Source: Eledone cirrhosa (Eukaryota). From it: a stretch of 64,000 nucleotides of DNA. The stretch is taken from the NCBI GenBank assembly GCA_964016885.1, contig OZ024745.1:123318001-123382000 (forward strand), read 5' to 3'. Position numbers and translations under genes: made by a program. Below the pieces are notes generated by a model. That model was not told where the DNA came from. It ran no database searches and worked only from the letters and a program-made list of their open reading frames with translations. Shown one piece after another: positions 1 through 12,922 of the stretch; position 1 is the first letter of the stretch; every line of letters begins with the position of its first letter.

Positions 1-5
1 TAATG

Positions 6-37
<32 letters not shown>

Positions 38-645
38 TTCTTTATTGGCCACAAGGGTTGACATCAAGAAAAACATTACAGACGGCACAGGACGGTACGA
101 TGTGGGTTTTGTGCGTGTAAATATTTTTATTATTTGCCGTCGCCAGTGTTTTTGTTTGTTTCTTTTTTCCTCTGTGCTGCTGTTATAGTTGTTGTTCTTT
201 GGGTTCTTTGTGGTTGTTGGTGTTGTTATTGGGGTGGTAGTGGTGTTTGATTTCTGTAACGCAGGAAATTTTTCGTTATAATTTTCACAGCTGCTGCTGA
301 TATCATTATCACTGTCGCTGCTGCTGCTGCTGTTTCTCTTGTTTTTTACTTTGCCTTGTGATTGGGTGGAATTGGCTGTTCCACCCTCTGAACAACTCGC
401 TGTTCCTCCCTGTGGACAATTTTCTTTGTACGCCATGTTTTTTTTTCTTTTTTTAATTTTAGGGTTATGATTGTAAATAAAAACAAATTTAGCCCTCAAG
501 GGCGCGAGATACAGTTAAAAAAACCCACCTCCTTTGACAGGGGGGTTCTTTAACTACACACCGATGTAAAAGTTTATTATTAGAACTTTCGGTAACTCAT
601 AAAAAATTCAACCAATTTACTCCGCCGTAGTTACCGCCATTTTGT
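1..645 (-). mobile_element. Internally deleted Tx1-like LINE (5' UTR and ORF1 start joined to 3' tail)
   Basis: Minus-strand ATG at 436 gives MAYKENCPQGGTASCSEGGTANSTQ...TTTTPITTPTTT (low-complexity, ORF1-like). It is joined at about 130 to a 3' UTR nearly identical to that at 680-775, ending AATAAAGAA(ATT)n. Confidence 0.6.
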
Positions 646-659
646 AATGATAACCAATA

Positions 660-1600
660 ATAATAATAATAATAATGATTTCTTTATTGGCCACAACGGC
701 TGACATCAAGAAAAACATTACAGACGGTACAGGACGGTACGATGTGGGTTTTGTGCATGTAAATATTTTTATTATTTATATAAGAAAAGAAAAAAAAGAC
801 ATAGAAACAAATATATATATATAAACAATAAAAATGAAAATTGAAACAATGAAAAATTCCCCAATAGGGGGGAAACCTCCGAGGGTTACTCGTAGCGAAA
901 ACCACACAAAAGACCACGGCCACCCTGACCACCAGGGCAAGCGCCCTCTCTCAATTTTTCCATTTCTCAAACTACAGGCATATTCAGAGCGGTCCCATTC
1001 ACTCGGACCATTCTCGCTACATTCACCCACCTTTCAACAAACTTGCTAGAAGGCAGCACTTGCCTCTCTACCCTGATTTTCCTCTTCAAGTGAAACTTGA
1101 AAAAGTTAATTAGGGATTCGCCGAAGAGGAAAGTGTCTGTCTTTAACCCTTTCAACCTTGTCCACCACACAATCTCTTTCGCCATGGCCACCAGGTAGAT
1201 GAAAACTGCCTGCCCTTCCTCCTCGAAGGAAGACGGCGAGACCATCTGCACAATGGACTCAGTCGATAACCGGATCAGTCCTACACGCAACAGCAACTGT
1301 TCGACATAGCTCCACAAGTCAGCAATGCTCGGACACTGAACGAGTGCGTGCATGACGGTTTCGTTGCTCTGCGTGCATCTTGGACAGGCTCGGCTGACGC
1401 CACTTCCGTGCCTGTAGAGCTTATCTCGAACCGGCAGCGCTCCCCAGTAGCACTGCCAGGCCAGGGATTTTTGGAAGTTATCCATAGGCCCTGGGCTGAA
1501 AGTTCTCCGGAAAAGAGCAAACAGCTGATCTTCTTCGACACCCAGGATCTCTCCGAGAACGTCGTCGCTCTTCCCCTCCACTAGTCCTCTATAGAACACC
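660..1600 (-). mobile_element. Tx1-clade LINE 3' end (ORF2 C-terminus with zf-RVT zinc finger)
   Basis: ORF 967-1599: FYRGLVEG...LPVRDKL...CPRCTQSNETVMHALVQCP (CxxC...HxxxxC), followed by 3' UTR, AATAAA and an (ATT)n tail. Confidence 0.85.
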
Positions 1601-1659
1601 GAATAATAATCATAATAATAATGATTTCTTTCTTTATTTCTTTATTTATTTTAATAATA

Positions 1660-2454
1660 ATTGTTTCTACATTTGGCACAAGGCCAACAATTACCCAGTA
1701 CATTACTGGTACTTTATTTTATCGACCCCGTATGAATGAAAGGCAAAGTTAACCTTAGCAGGATTTGAACTCAGATCGTAAAGGGACGTAACTACGCTGG
1801 AAAGCATGTCTGACGCTCTACCAATACTGCCAAATAATAATAATATTAATAATGGTTTCTTTATTGGCCACAAGGGTTAACGTGAAGAAAAATAATGATA
1901 ATAATAATAATGAGTGCAAGAAAAGGAGAAGGAGAAAATTAACCGATAGCAGGAGTTAAAGTGGGAGTTAAAAAGGATTTGGAACTGCCATGAAATCAAA
2001 GTCGTCCCGATTGTCATAGGCACACTAGATACTATCTCAAAGAGTTTCCAAGGATGGTTAAAGAAGATTAGTCTAGCCCTGCTTTTTGGAACACTTCAAA
2101 AGGCATGCTTGCTGGGAACAGCAAGAATCCTCCAATATGTCCTGAATAGCTGAGGCTGAAGGTAACGGCTTGATATTCATTTCAACAAACTTTCCAGTTA
2201 AATAACATCAATGACTGAGACTCAAAGAACAATAATAATAATTGTTTCTACTTTAGGTACAAGACCAGCAATTACCCAGTGTATTACTGGTACTTTATTT
2301 CATCGACCCCGTAAGGATGAAAGGCAAAGTTAACCTCGGCGGGATTTGAACTCAGAATGGCAAGGGATGTAACTCTAATCATCAAAGCATGGTGTCCGAC
2401 CCTCTACCGAAGCATGGTGTCCGACCCTCTACCGATACTGCCAATCCACCGCCC

Positions 2455-2455
<1 letters not shown>
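1660..2455 (-). mobile_element. Two copies of tRNA-derived SINE family A (Deu/Nin-like core)
   Basis: Copies at 1660-1833 and 2240-2455. Consensus GGCGGTGGATTGGCAGTATCGG...GAGTTCAAATCCCGCCGAGGTTAACTTTGCCTTTCATCCTTACGGGGTCGATAAAATAAAGTACCAG...CCTTGTGCCAAAAGTAGAAAC(AAT)n, with Pol III A/B boxes. Confidence 0.85.
1910..2235 (+). mobile_element. R4/Dong-clade LINE 3' fragment
   Basis: Near copy of 6125-6425; flanked by (TAA)n. Confidence 0.75.
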
Positions 2456-2506
<51 letters not shown>

Positions 2507-3227
2507 GTTTCTTTATTGGCCACAAGGGCTAACATGAAGAAAAACATAATAATAATAATAATAGATAATTTCTTAACATGAGAAAATAATAACAAACTAT
2601 TTTAAAACAGCTGTTGATTATTTAACGAAGATATAAGGGGACACTGAAACAAACATAAAAAGGATTTTAAACAAATATTTTCACGTAAAAAGCTAATAAA
2701 ACACAAAAGCTAATAAAACATTTCAAATAACGAGAAAACGTGGCTTTTTTATGTATTATTTTATACTTTTTAATTTGTTTTTACTTCTCACGTTTAACAT
2801 AATTCCATAAAGTTAATGAATCTCTTGGAACCGAAATATTGGTAATCAGATTTCAGAGTAAAACTGTGTAGCATCTGTTTTTGAAGGAAAATGCTGAGTT
2901 ACCTAAAAGATTTAGAATTGTAAACTTCTGTCTTTGCTATTTTAATTATATACAAATCTATCTCTAGTTTGTGAATCAGTTGTAACTTGTAAAGATATAT
3001 AATTCAATAGGCAACAGAAATGTTTTGTTACATCAATGAACATTATTTTGTTATTGCTATAGCAAAAATAGTTGGTTTATGTAATGCATGGTTTAGACAA
3101 GGCAGCTCACGAAACTGTTGATTTTCACATCAAATCAACCACAAAAGGTGTGTAGTTTTGGTGTTAACACACACTCTTGTCTCTGCTATTGCTTATTCTA
3201 AATATTTGTTTTTCATGTCCTTTTGAA

Positions 3228-3395
3228 AGAGGAGAAGGAGGAGGAGAATAAGGAGGAAGCAGGGAGAAGAAGAAGGAGGTAGGGAGAAGGAGGAGGGGGA
3301 GGATGAGGAGGAGGAGGAGGAGGAGGGGGAGGAGAAGAAGAAGAAGAAGAAGAAGAAGAAGAAGAAGAAGAAGAAGAAGAAGAAGAAGAAGAAGG
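3228..3395. repeat. (GAG)n/(GAA)n purine microsatellite
   Basis: Direct reading. Confidence 0.95.
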
Positions 3396-4517
3396 ATAAA
3401 TTAATAGCAGAATTCTTTAGAATTTCCTTAAGTGGCTAGTACTATTTTTGATACTTTGAAAAATAGATTTGCACTGCTTGGAAACCTTTTTTCCATTTGA
3501 TTATCCAAAGATGCTTCTTTCTGGGACAATGCTTATTCAATAAAAGAGACTGATGATGAGAGAAAGAAAAATGCTATATATAAAAATATTAATAATAATT
3601 TCTTTATTAATAATATTAATAATGATGATGATAATAATAATGATGATGATGATAAAAGGATTATATTTGCTGCTGATCTGTTTCATTAAAATACTTTCAT
3701 AGTCTCATAAAATATAATTCTTTCTTTTAAAAGAAAGAAAAAATTAGAAAAAAAAAATGAACGAATTCTTTTGTAGACTATTAGGAAGTCCATTGTTTAA
3801 AAAATTTAAACTGCATTACATGCTGTTCTGCATTAAAGAGAATTAAGAAGTAACTAGACGAAAGAAAAAAAATGTTCAATCTGAAGTTAGAATTGTTGTA
3901 GTATTTCGCTATTGTTGTTATTTTATTTTATAGTGAAGATAGTTGTTGTTATATTGAGTGAATGATGATTTGTGATTATTATAATGATGGTCTTGTCTGT
4001 TTGTAGAGATGCGTTGGCATGTTTTTCAAAGACTAAACAATAAAATATTGATTTTATTTACTGACAAAAATTTATTTTTAAAAAAATTCTTTTCAAGAAA
4101 TTTTTGTAAAAAAAAAAAAATATTAATAATAATAATTAAATAAAATAAAGCTATTTATGGTGTTAACGAAAAGAAAAATTAAAATAATTTTTGTCTCTCT
4201 CATTGAGAAAATAGTAAAAATATTTATAATGAAAATATAAAACAGTTGATGCTTAAGAGAGATTTCTCACTGAAAAACTGAAGAGTTGCTAACCTGGAAA
4301 TTTGCTAAATTCTTTTATAACAAACTCTATAATATTTTCATTATATCATAATCATCATCATCATTTTATATCTGTTGTACGATGCTGGCATGGGTTAGAT
4401 GAGTCCTTAAAAACTAAGTATTTAATCAGACTGACTGTCTTCCTAATTATGTATATATATCTATATGAACGTGTTGGTGTGTATGTATAAATGTATGTAT
4501 GTATGCATTGAATTGAA

Positions 4518-4745
4518 TTGAAGTGCCCTAAGTGTGGAAAAATTTGCTTGAGCACATCTGGTCTCAGGAGCCACAGTCACAGCCATGTTCAAAGAGAATC
4601 AGTGAACTATGATCTCCACAGTGTTGTGAAGGTTCACAGGAAACCTGATGCACGATCTGAGGCCAGGGAGATCCATAGGTGTTGTCAATGTGCAAAAGAG
4701 TGCAAGTCTCCAGCAGGCTTGAAAAGCCATATCTGAGCGTCACAC
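4518..4745 (+). mobile_element. LINE (RTE-like) C-terminal C2H2 zinc-finger remnant
   Basis: CPKCGKICLSTSGLRSHSHSH and CCQCAKECKSPAGLKSHI*; no TGEKP linkers; stop codon in the second finger. Confidence 0.5.
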
Positions 4746-4789
4746 ATCTGAGTCTGACAAGTGATTGCAAAACTCTTAGCAGAGTTTGC

Positions 4790-5445
4790 AGCCATTTGAA
4801 CTGAGAACGTAAAGGGCCATAACTCTATGCTATGCTGCAAAGCATGGCATCTAATGCTCTACTGATACTGCCAAAGCCCAAGGCCAGCAGTTTGAAGGGG
4901 AGGGGAAAGTCAGTTAAATCGACCCAGTACATTACTGGTGCTTTATTTTATTGCCCCCGTAAGGATGAAAGGCTAAGCTAACCTTGGTGGGGTTTGAACT
5001 CAGAATGTAAAGGGCCGTAACTCTCTGCCACGAAGCATGGTGTCTGACTCTCTGCCAATCCACTATTATTGCTGCTGTTATTATTGTTAGTAATTAATGT
5101 TTCTACTTTTGGCACAAGGCCAGCAATTACCCAGTGCATTACTGGTACTTTATTTTATTGACCCCATAAGGATGAAAGGCAAAGTAAACCTCGGCGGGAT
5201 TTGAACTCAGAATGGCAAGGGCCGTAACTCAGTGCATCAAAGCATGGCGTCCGACCCTCTACCGATACTGCCAATCCACCGCCCTTAGTAATAATAATAA
5301 TGATTTCTAGTATAGGCACAAGGCCAATGATTGGGGGGGGGGGAGTCAATTAAATTGACCCCAGTACGTTGAGAGGCAAAGTTAACCTCGGCGGGATTTG
5401 AACTCAGAACGTAAAGGGCTATAACTCTATATTGCAAAGCATGGT
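4790..5445 (-). mobile_element. Tandem cluster of SINE family A copies
   Basis: About four partial or complete copies (about 4795-4875, 4875-5065, 5097-5288, 5300-5445). Confidence 0.85.
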
Positions 5446-5449
5446 ATGG

Positions 5450-5790
5450 AGACACATGGCTTAGTGGTTAGAGCATTGGCCTTGCAATCGAAAGGTTGTG
5501 AGTTCAATTCGCAGACCGGGTGATGTGTTGTTTCCTTGAGCAAGACACTTTATTTCACATTGCTCCAGTTTACTCAGCTGTAGAAATGAGATGATAGGGA
5601 ATGGGGTCCCTATCATTCCACTGCAAAGTGGATGTGTAGGCGCCCCGGAAAAAAACACCCAGCACTCACTGTAAATGAGGTTGGTGTTAGGAAGGGCATC
5701 CAGCTGTAGAAATCAAGCCAGAATCAGTTCCTGTCCAACCCTTGCAAGCAAGGAAAAGTGGACGTAAAATGAAATGATGATGATGATGAT
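5450..5790 (+). mobile_element. tRNA-headed SINE family B with RTE-LINE 3' tail
   Basis: GCACATGGCTTAGTGGTTAGAGC...GAGTTCAATTC (A/B boxes), central CCTTGAGCAAGACACTT module, tail GGTTGGTGTTAGGAAGGGCATCC...(GAT)n shared with the RTE at 43600-43780. Confidence 0.85.
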
Positions 5791-5874
5791 GGTATCCGAC
5801 TCTCTACAGATACTGCCAATCCATCATTATTGCTGCTGTTATTATTATTAGTAATAATAATAATAATAAGATAA

Positions 5875-6430
5875 AGGCCGGCGACATGATGTGATGGGCA
5901 GGGTGATCCACTGGCATCTATGGAAAGTAAACAATTTACCACATTCTGAGAAGTGGCATGAGCATAAGCCAGAGTCAGTGATTGAAAACGATTAGGTGAA
6001 GGTGCTATGGGATTTTAGGATACAGACGGACAAAAAATTAGAACACAATTAGTCCTGACCTGATGGTTTGGGACAAGGAAAAAAGATTGTGCCTGATTGT
6101 AGATGTACCCTACCCATTTGACATGAGAGTGCAAGAAAAGGAGAAGGAGAAAATTAACCGATACCAGGACTTAAAGTGGGAGGTAAAAAGGATTTGGAAC
6201 TGCCATGAGGTCAAAGTGGTCCCGATTGTCATAGGAGCACTAGGTACAAAGAGTTTCCAAGGATGGTTAACGAAGATTAGTCCAGCCCCGCTTTTTGGAA
6301 CACTTCAAAAGGCATGCTTGCTAGGAACAGCAAGAACCCTCCGATACGTCCTGAATATCTGAGGCTGCAGGTAGTGGCTTGATATTCATTTCAACAAACT
6401 TTCCAGTTAAATAACATCAATGATAATAAT
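5875..6430 (+). mobile_element. R4/Dong-clade LINE 3' end (restriction-like endonuclease)
   Basis: VLWDFRIQTD...PDLMVWDKEKRLCLIVDV...EKEKINRYQDL...VPIVIGALG...LQKACLLGTARTLR; embedded in (TAA)n. Confidence 0.85.
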
Positions 6431-7124
6431 AATAGTAACAGCAGCATCAACAACAATGATGATGATTTTTAATTTAGTAACAACTTTGAGAAAAACCACT
6501 CATTGCCATTACCTTGTAAAGTTTGGCAGAGAAGAATAAACTAAAGTAAAAGACAAAATGACTCAGAAGCTGTGGACTAAAAACAGAAAGAGAAGGAGAG
6601 ATTCTTATAGAACAAAACTAATATCTGCCCAGAACAAAACAATTGATATCAAGAAAACATCAATTCAATATTATGTGAGATAATTATGTGAGGTAAATTG
6701 TTTACCGTGAAAATACAATAGTATATATAGAGTAATGTAAATGCTAAAGGATTAAACAAATTCAGAATTGCATGCATTTGGTTGTCAGAGAGCGTTGTTT
6801 TATAAAGTAATAAAAGGGTAGACAGCCCCCCCATACTTGTTGAAGTTTATATGATTGGTATTCAATTCAAACAATTGAATACTAAGATAGAATCAACAAA
6901 ACTTTTTCCATTCGTCTTTCTATTGTTGATGTTATCTGTCTGTGGCAGCTCCTGATAAAAGCTCTATTGCTTTCCCAGTGACAGGAGAGAGGATTTGAGC
7001 TCAGAATACACAGCACCAAAACAGATACTACAACGTATCTTACCCAGTGCTTTAACAATTTGTTGTATGAGAAAAAACCCTGAACACCCCCGTGTAACTA
7101 AAAGTGGACTAGGCGAAATGTCTC

Positions 7125-7462
7125 ATCATCATCATTTCATCATTTCATTTTACGCCCGCTTTCCCTGCTTGCAAGGGTGGGACGGGATCTGATTCTGGCT
7201 TGATTTCTGCAGCTGGATGCCCTTCCTAACACCAACCTCATTTACAGTGAGTGCTGGGTGCTTTTTTGCTGTGGCACCTCCACGACCACTTTGCAGTGGA
7301 ATGATAGGGACCCCAGTCCCTATCATCTCATTTCTACAGCTGAGTAAACTGGAGCAATGTGAAATAAAGTGTCTTGCTCAAGGAAACAACACATCACCCG
7401 GTCTGAGAATTGAACTCACAACCTTTTTATTGCAAGACCAATGCTCTAACCACTAAGCCATA
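7125..7462 (-). mobile_element. SINE family B copy
   Basis: Reverse complement of 5450-5790. Confidence 0.85.
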
Positions 7463-7949
7463 TATATAAATAAGTGCACTGTCAGGTAGACTGTGTGTAT
7501 ATAGTATCTCGTTGTAGTCTCTCGGTAGTTCGAAATTATGCCTGGTGAATGCTTTGGTTTTACCCTCTTTGTACAGATACACTAAAGAGGTGTGACACAT
7601 TATAACAATAACCAAAACAGATCATCATCATCATCATCATTTAACGTCTATCTTCCACGCTAGCATAGGTTAGACGGGAATTGTCCCACTTGAGACAAGC
7701 TTGATTGGGTGACCGTGTCTTGATCATATAGGACATCCTAATACTAAATGCAGAATATGGCAACCAGCACAATATGATTAACCACTCCATCTTTGGTTGG
7801 CCAGTCATTGCCAAGTTTGAATATATACAGAGGTATAATGAAATTGGCAGTTATAACCACTGAGCAATATGTCAACACTTCGACATACAAATGGACAAAA
7901 AAGTGATATAATAAAACAACATAACTCACCTTCATCTTTCATCTTCAAG

Positions 7950-8520
7950 TGGAACTTGAAAAAGTTGATGATGGCTTAGCCAGGGAGGAAGATTTTTGTC
8001 CTCAAGGCTTTCAGATGTCTCCACCATACAGTTTTTTCGCCAAACTTACTAAGCAGAAAAAAACTTGCCACACCTCCAAAGAAACTGGCAGTTTAATTTT
8101 CATTATAGACCTGGTTGATAGCAGTTGTTTAAACAAGTCAACACTGAGCAATAGCCAGCAAGAAGGTTTCATTGCATTGTGCACATCTTGAACAAGTTCA
8201 TATGTTAGCACATCTATGCCTATTGAGCTTGTCACAAACTGAGAGAGCCCAAGAGCCCTTCTGTAGTACTGCATGCTAAGGATTATTGGAAGTTACCCAC
8301 AAATCCTGAACTGAAGGTCCTCCTAAATATTCTACTCAGACTGTCCTCATCAATACCAAAGTTGCTCCCAGGCTATAATTCTTTATACCTTCCACTAACC
8401 CTCGATAGAAAGCATGTGTTGTTTTCTGTCTGCCTGTTACATTGCCCAGCTGGTAAAGTGTCACTAGTGCCTGGTAACATTCTAGATCAAAGGTACCCAA
8501 CCTTGGTTTTCACTTCATCT
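7950..8520 (-). mobile_element. Degenerate Tx1 ORF2 3' fragment
   Basis: Minus strand reads FYRGLVEG...FRRTFS..GNFQ*SLA, homologous to ORF 967-1599. Confidence 0.65.
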
Positions 8521-9105
8521 AGAACTAGGTAGATACAGGGGATAATAATAAATTTAAATGTTAAAATATATCGGAAATGTTGGATATGTTAAATAAGCAG
8601 CTGAAATCGTTCTTCCAGCACAAATCCCTCACCATCCTCCGAGGAAACGCCTTCTCTGTTCTGATCCACCACGCCTCAGTTGGCCAGAACATGGACCCCC
8701 ATTCGCTCATAATAGTAAGAGATAGGGAGAGCAGAAGAGATGGAGGTAGTGACAGTAGGAGTTTGGTTCATTTGTATTCGGACCTGGTATATGTCTATAT
8801 GTTTCACAGACACACTCTCATGTCTGTTTAGCAACACAATAAATAACGATGTCTAACAGAAAGCTACTACTATGTAGTAAATAATTATATCTTAACTGTA
8901 ATCTCTATATGATCTTTATAGAATATACTGCAATGATAGATGTATAAAGGGCATGTAACAGTTACATACTTTCTAGATCAAATTTAGGGAGAAAAAATAT
9001 TAAAATAGATATTTATCAGCTATATTTTATAGATGTCTCAAATATTATAATATGATTAAGGTTTAAAACACATATTTATACCTTCAAGCATGGCACATGT
9101 AAACA

Positions 9106-9164
<59 letters not shown>

Positions 9165-9525
9165 TAGAAAATTATATAAGACAAAAAACAAAAATATGAT
9201 ACATATTGAAACATAATATTTTGATGAATCTACTAAATAAAAAAATATTTTGTGAATTCTTTAAAGCCTATTTCAAAATCATTCTTGTTTTAAATGTGAA
9301 AAGTCTATTGAATTAAAATAACATTACAAATGCGTAAATAACATTATAAATTGCTCGCAATTCGTTCAGAAGAATATTACAAATATAATGTTAATAAACA
9401 CAAATATAAACGCATAAAAGAGAGAAAAAAAAGGAGGAAAAAAGGGGGTGGGGGCAAGCAAAAACGAAAGCGTCCATTAATTTACCACTAAGAGTGACAA
9501 TTGGCCTCACATCATATCATAAGAG

Positions 9526-9725
9526 TTAACTAAACACTTTGAAGCAAGTCAATACACTTGCAGCAGTGCAGTAGGTGATGGCGAGGCTAAGGCGCTGAAA
9601 CAACCAAGCACCCTCATAGGTATCCCTTGACACCTCAGAAAGGTTAGCCGCCAGTGATGACAAGAACTTTGCTGTCAGTGGCCCAACTCCACCAAACATC
9701 TTGAATGCCACAGGCTGGAAAAAAT
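9526..9725 (-). mobile_element. CRE-clade LINE 3' end fragment
   Basis: FQPVAFKMFGGVGP...WLFQRLSLAI...AASVL, a typical RLE C-terminus; homologous to 62180-62360. Confidence 0.7.
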
Positions 9726-9744
9726 AATTACTAGATAAATTGTT

Positions 9745-10250
9745 CCTTGCAGATGTTCAATATCTACTTTTGTATGGCAGTGAAATATAGACACTGACTG
9801 AGCAGTTAATAAGTGGGTTAAATGGCTGTTACAAAGCGATGTTACAAATGGTCCTTAATGTGAAAGTAACATATGACAAATAAATGCCTTTATGGGGACC
9901 TGCCAATAGTCAGCAAAAAATTCAGGCCAAGACGGCTCTGTATATCTGGTCATTGTGTGTGACACCCTGAACTGGAAGCATCCAAGTTAGTCCTTGGAAG
10001 CCATGTTTATAAGGAGAAGAAAATACCAATACAATTACAGCAACAACATAGTCAAAGACACTGGCCTGGACTGCATCAAAGACGTCCATGTGGCTATGAA
10101 GTTAGACCAAGACATGTGGCAGAGGGACTTTGTTGCCAATACAATTACAGCAACAACCTGGTCAAAGACATTGGCCTGGACTGCATATATGAAGGTGGTG
10201 ATGATGTTTGATCAAGATATGCTGAGAACCAGGTTGAAACTGGCTAAGAA
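9745..10250 (+). mobile_element. Degenerate LINE RT C-terminal fragment with an internal ~110-bp tandem duplication
   Basis: LLYGSE..TLT...GCY..MLQMVLN motif; CCAATACAATTACAGCAACAAC.TGGTCAAAGACA repeated at about 10026 and 10136. Confidence 0.55.
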
Positions 10251-10279
10251 GAAGATATACATATATATCTATATATAAT

Positions 10280-10440
10280 AGGTATATTTCCAAAGGGGAC
10301 AGGAGGTGAATATAATTAAAGAAGGTACTCATTATGTTGATATAGAATAAGAATACATATTTTATAAAGAAATAACTTCTACATGAAATACGAATGAAAA
10401 GTTCTAGTCCTGTAGAAGTATTTCTATATAATATATTTCC
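10280..10440. mobile_element. Penelope-like pLTR remnant
   Basis: GAATGAAAAGTTCTAGTCCTGTAGAAG matches 56930-56958; small inverted repeat ACTTCTACA/TGTAGAAGT; follows a (TA)n tract. Confidence 0.5.
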
Positions 10441-11111
10441 CTTGGGTAATTGCTGGCCTTGTGCCTAAAGTAGAAACAATTATTGAACTTTGAGTTCAAA
10501 TCCCGCCGAGGTTAACTTTGCCTTTCATCCTTACGGGGTCGATAAAATAAAGTACCAGTAATGTATTGGGTAATTGCTGGCCTTGTGCCAAAAGTAGAAA
10601 CAATTATTGAACAAGAACTACTAGCAGTTAAGGATGAATTGAAAATGAAAATGGCCACAAGCCCTGATGATATATTCAATTTAATCATAATTAAATCTTG
10701 GAATGTAATAGTGTTAAATTTATTTAATAGTATAATTAAATTCCAACAACAATCAGATATATGAAAATTTACTCATATGTTAGTAATACTAAAACCAAAT
10801 CAGAATAACTACCACTCTACCAGATCATACAGTCCAACCAACAAAATCCCTCCCCACCTCTTCTTTCCTTCATTGACCTCTGATCTACCACTTCCCTTCC
10901 AGTTTACTAATCTATTTGCTATTTAAATTTCCATTCTCACTGCTCACTGGTCTTCTTTATGGGTGTATATGTCTGTATGTGTATTTGTATATACGTGTAT
11001 GTATATATATATATATATGCATGTGTGTGTATGTATACATGTGTGTATATGAGTGTGTATATATGTATATGTGTGTGAGTATATGTATGTGTATGTATAT
11101 GTGTATATTTG

Positions 11112-12053
11112 TATATATATAAAATTAAGTATGTGTGTGTGTCTGTGTATTACATATAGGGGCCTACATCTTGCGACCGATTTTCATGAAAATTTACAGG
11201 CTCATAGATTAGTCATCGGGGAGTGTTTTCTATATATCAGTGTATCGTTTTTTTTTATTCCGGGGTCATTCTGCAGATAAAAATAGGTATCGAAAAATAA
11301 GATTTTTGGGGCTAGCCTCCACATTTTGCCACCGATTTCGTTCAAATTTTAAAGCAAAATAGAATTTATCATTGCACATTCTCTAATGGCTTTATATTTT
11401 GCATTTGTTGTTCAGGGACGGCGTGGCAGCCGCTTAATTATTCAAAAATACCACTTTTAGACTCAAATTTCCTCTTTTTCGGCTCTAGCTCCCACATTAA
11501 TCAACCTACCCTGTTCAAATTTTACACTACGCTAGATCTGATTATTTCACGTCTTAAAGTGGATTTACATTTTGCATTTGTTGTTCCGTTACGGCGTGGC
11601 AGCCGCTTAAATATTCGAAAATACCACCTTTTCGGCTCTAGCTCCCACATTTTTCAACCGATTTCGTTCAAATTCGAAACTTCGGCTCCACCTCACACAT
11701 AAATCAATTTATTTGGTTCAACTTTTATACTACCATAGAACCTATCATTGCACATCTTATAGATGGTCAAAGAAAAAACGATGGCCACTGACGTTGTCTG
11801 AGCTTTTAGTTGTGTATTTGTTAATTCATCGGTTTCCAATCAAGTAGCGTGAGGAAATTTGGCTTAGTGTTAGAGGTCATTATCTCCTTCCCCCAGCATG
11901 CCCCTTCGTCAGTCATCCGCGTTTCTTGGTGATAGAGATCATCACCACCCTCCCCCGCATGGCCTGTATGTGGCCATAGATGAGTCATCGAGAAGCAGTC
12001 GCTAAGATCAACACCTTTTCATCAAAGCAGGCAATGCTGGGTACTGCTGCTAG
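11112..12053 (+). mobile_element. Non-autonomous Helitron
   Basis: 5' TATATATATAAAATT...GTGTGTCTGT; internal tandem repeats (about 11300-11700); 3' end GCAATGCTGGGTACTGCTGCTAG|T, as at 45910-45937. Confidence 0.7.
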
Positions 12054-12078
12054 TATATATATATATACATATATATTG

Positions 12079-12129
12079 GCTTCTACAGTACAAGAACTGT
12101 TTCATTCGAAGGAAATCATCAGGAAAAGC
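12079..12129 (-). ncRNA. Type I hammerhead ribozyme fold (Penelope pLTR-type)
   Basis: Minus strand: gcttttc-CTGATGA-tttccttcgaat-GAAA-cagt tcttgt actg-TA-gaagc. Core intact, helix III ACAGT/ACTGT, GUA triplet, short helices I and II. Confidence 0.6.
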
Positions 12130-12179
12130 AGGGGCTTTCACTGTCCTTCGTCATCTCCTCCACGAGCTTCAGTGATCTG

Positions 12180-12829
12180 AGGTCTGCTCTCACCACCTCC
12201 GCCCATGTTTTTCGTGGTCTTCCTCTACTGCGTCTTCCTTCTACTGGGATTTCTTGGCACTTCTTTATCCAGCTGTCATCCTCCATACACATCACATGTC
12301 CATACCATTGCAGTCTTCTCTCCTACAAATTATCCCTCTTATACACAGTTTCTCTCTCAACTCATCTATGCTTGGTTATTCACGCACATTGACATTGCAC
12401 ATCCATCAGAACATGCTTGCTTCATTTCTCTCCAGCCGTCGCATATCCTCTGCAGTTTCTGCCCATGTCTCACTACCATGCAGCATCACGCATCTCACAC
12501 GGGCATCATATAACTGGCCTTTCTTACAAAGGGAGAAACCCTTCTTTGTCAACAGAAGAAGCAGTTCCCTAAACTTCTTCCAACCGGTCCTTATTCTAAA
12601 TAATTTGGCCTAAGCCTAACCCTAACCCCTTTACCATGCTAATCTGATCACCTAGGTACCGAAAGCTATCAACCACTTCTATAGAACCTACTTGTATTTG
12701 AAAAATGTGTCTATCACTGCGACTTCTACAGTCAAATTTCCCTGTACATCTACTGCATACATAGTTTTCCCTACCTGTTAGTTTGCTATCCTACTACATC
12801 TCTTGTGCACCCAGGATCTGCATTGTGTG

Positions 12830-12835
<6 letters not shown>
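12180..12835 (-). mobile_element. Degenerate RTE LINE 3' part (PHD-containing lineage)
   Basis: [50 protein letters not shown]; homologous to the ORF at 32210-35074. Confidence 0.8.

Positions 12836-12922
<87 letters not shown>

Noticed and set aside
4518-4736. Host C2H2 zinc-finger gene
   Set aside because: Only two fingers, no TGEKP linker and a premature stop; better explained as a LINE C-terminus.
5450-5520. Functional tRNA genes at SINE heads (also 18000, 25672 and others)
   Set aside because: No complete acceptor stem or terminator; they continue into multi-copy SINE bodies.
7744-8274. Membrane-protein-like exons
   Set aside because: The region is largely a decayed Tx1 fragment; no coherent gene structure.
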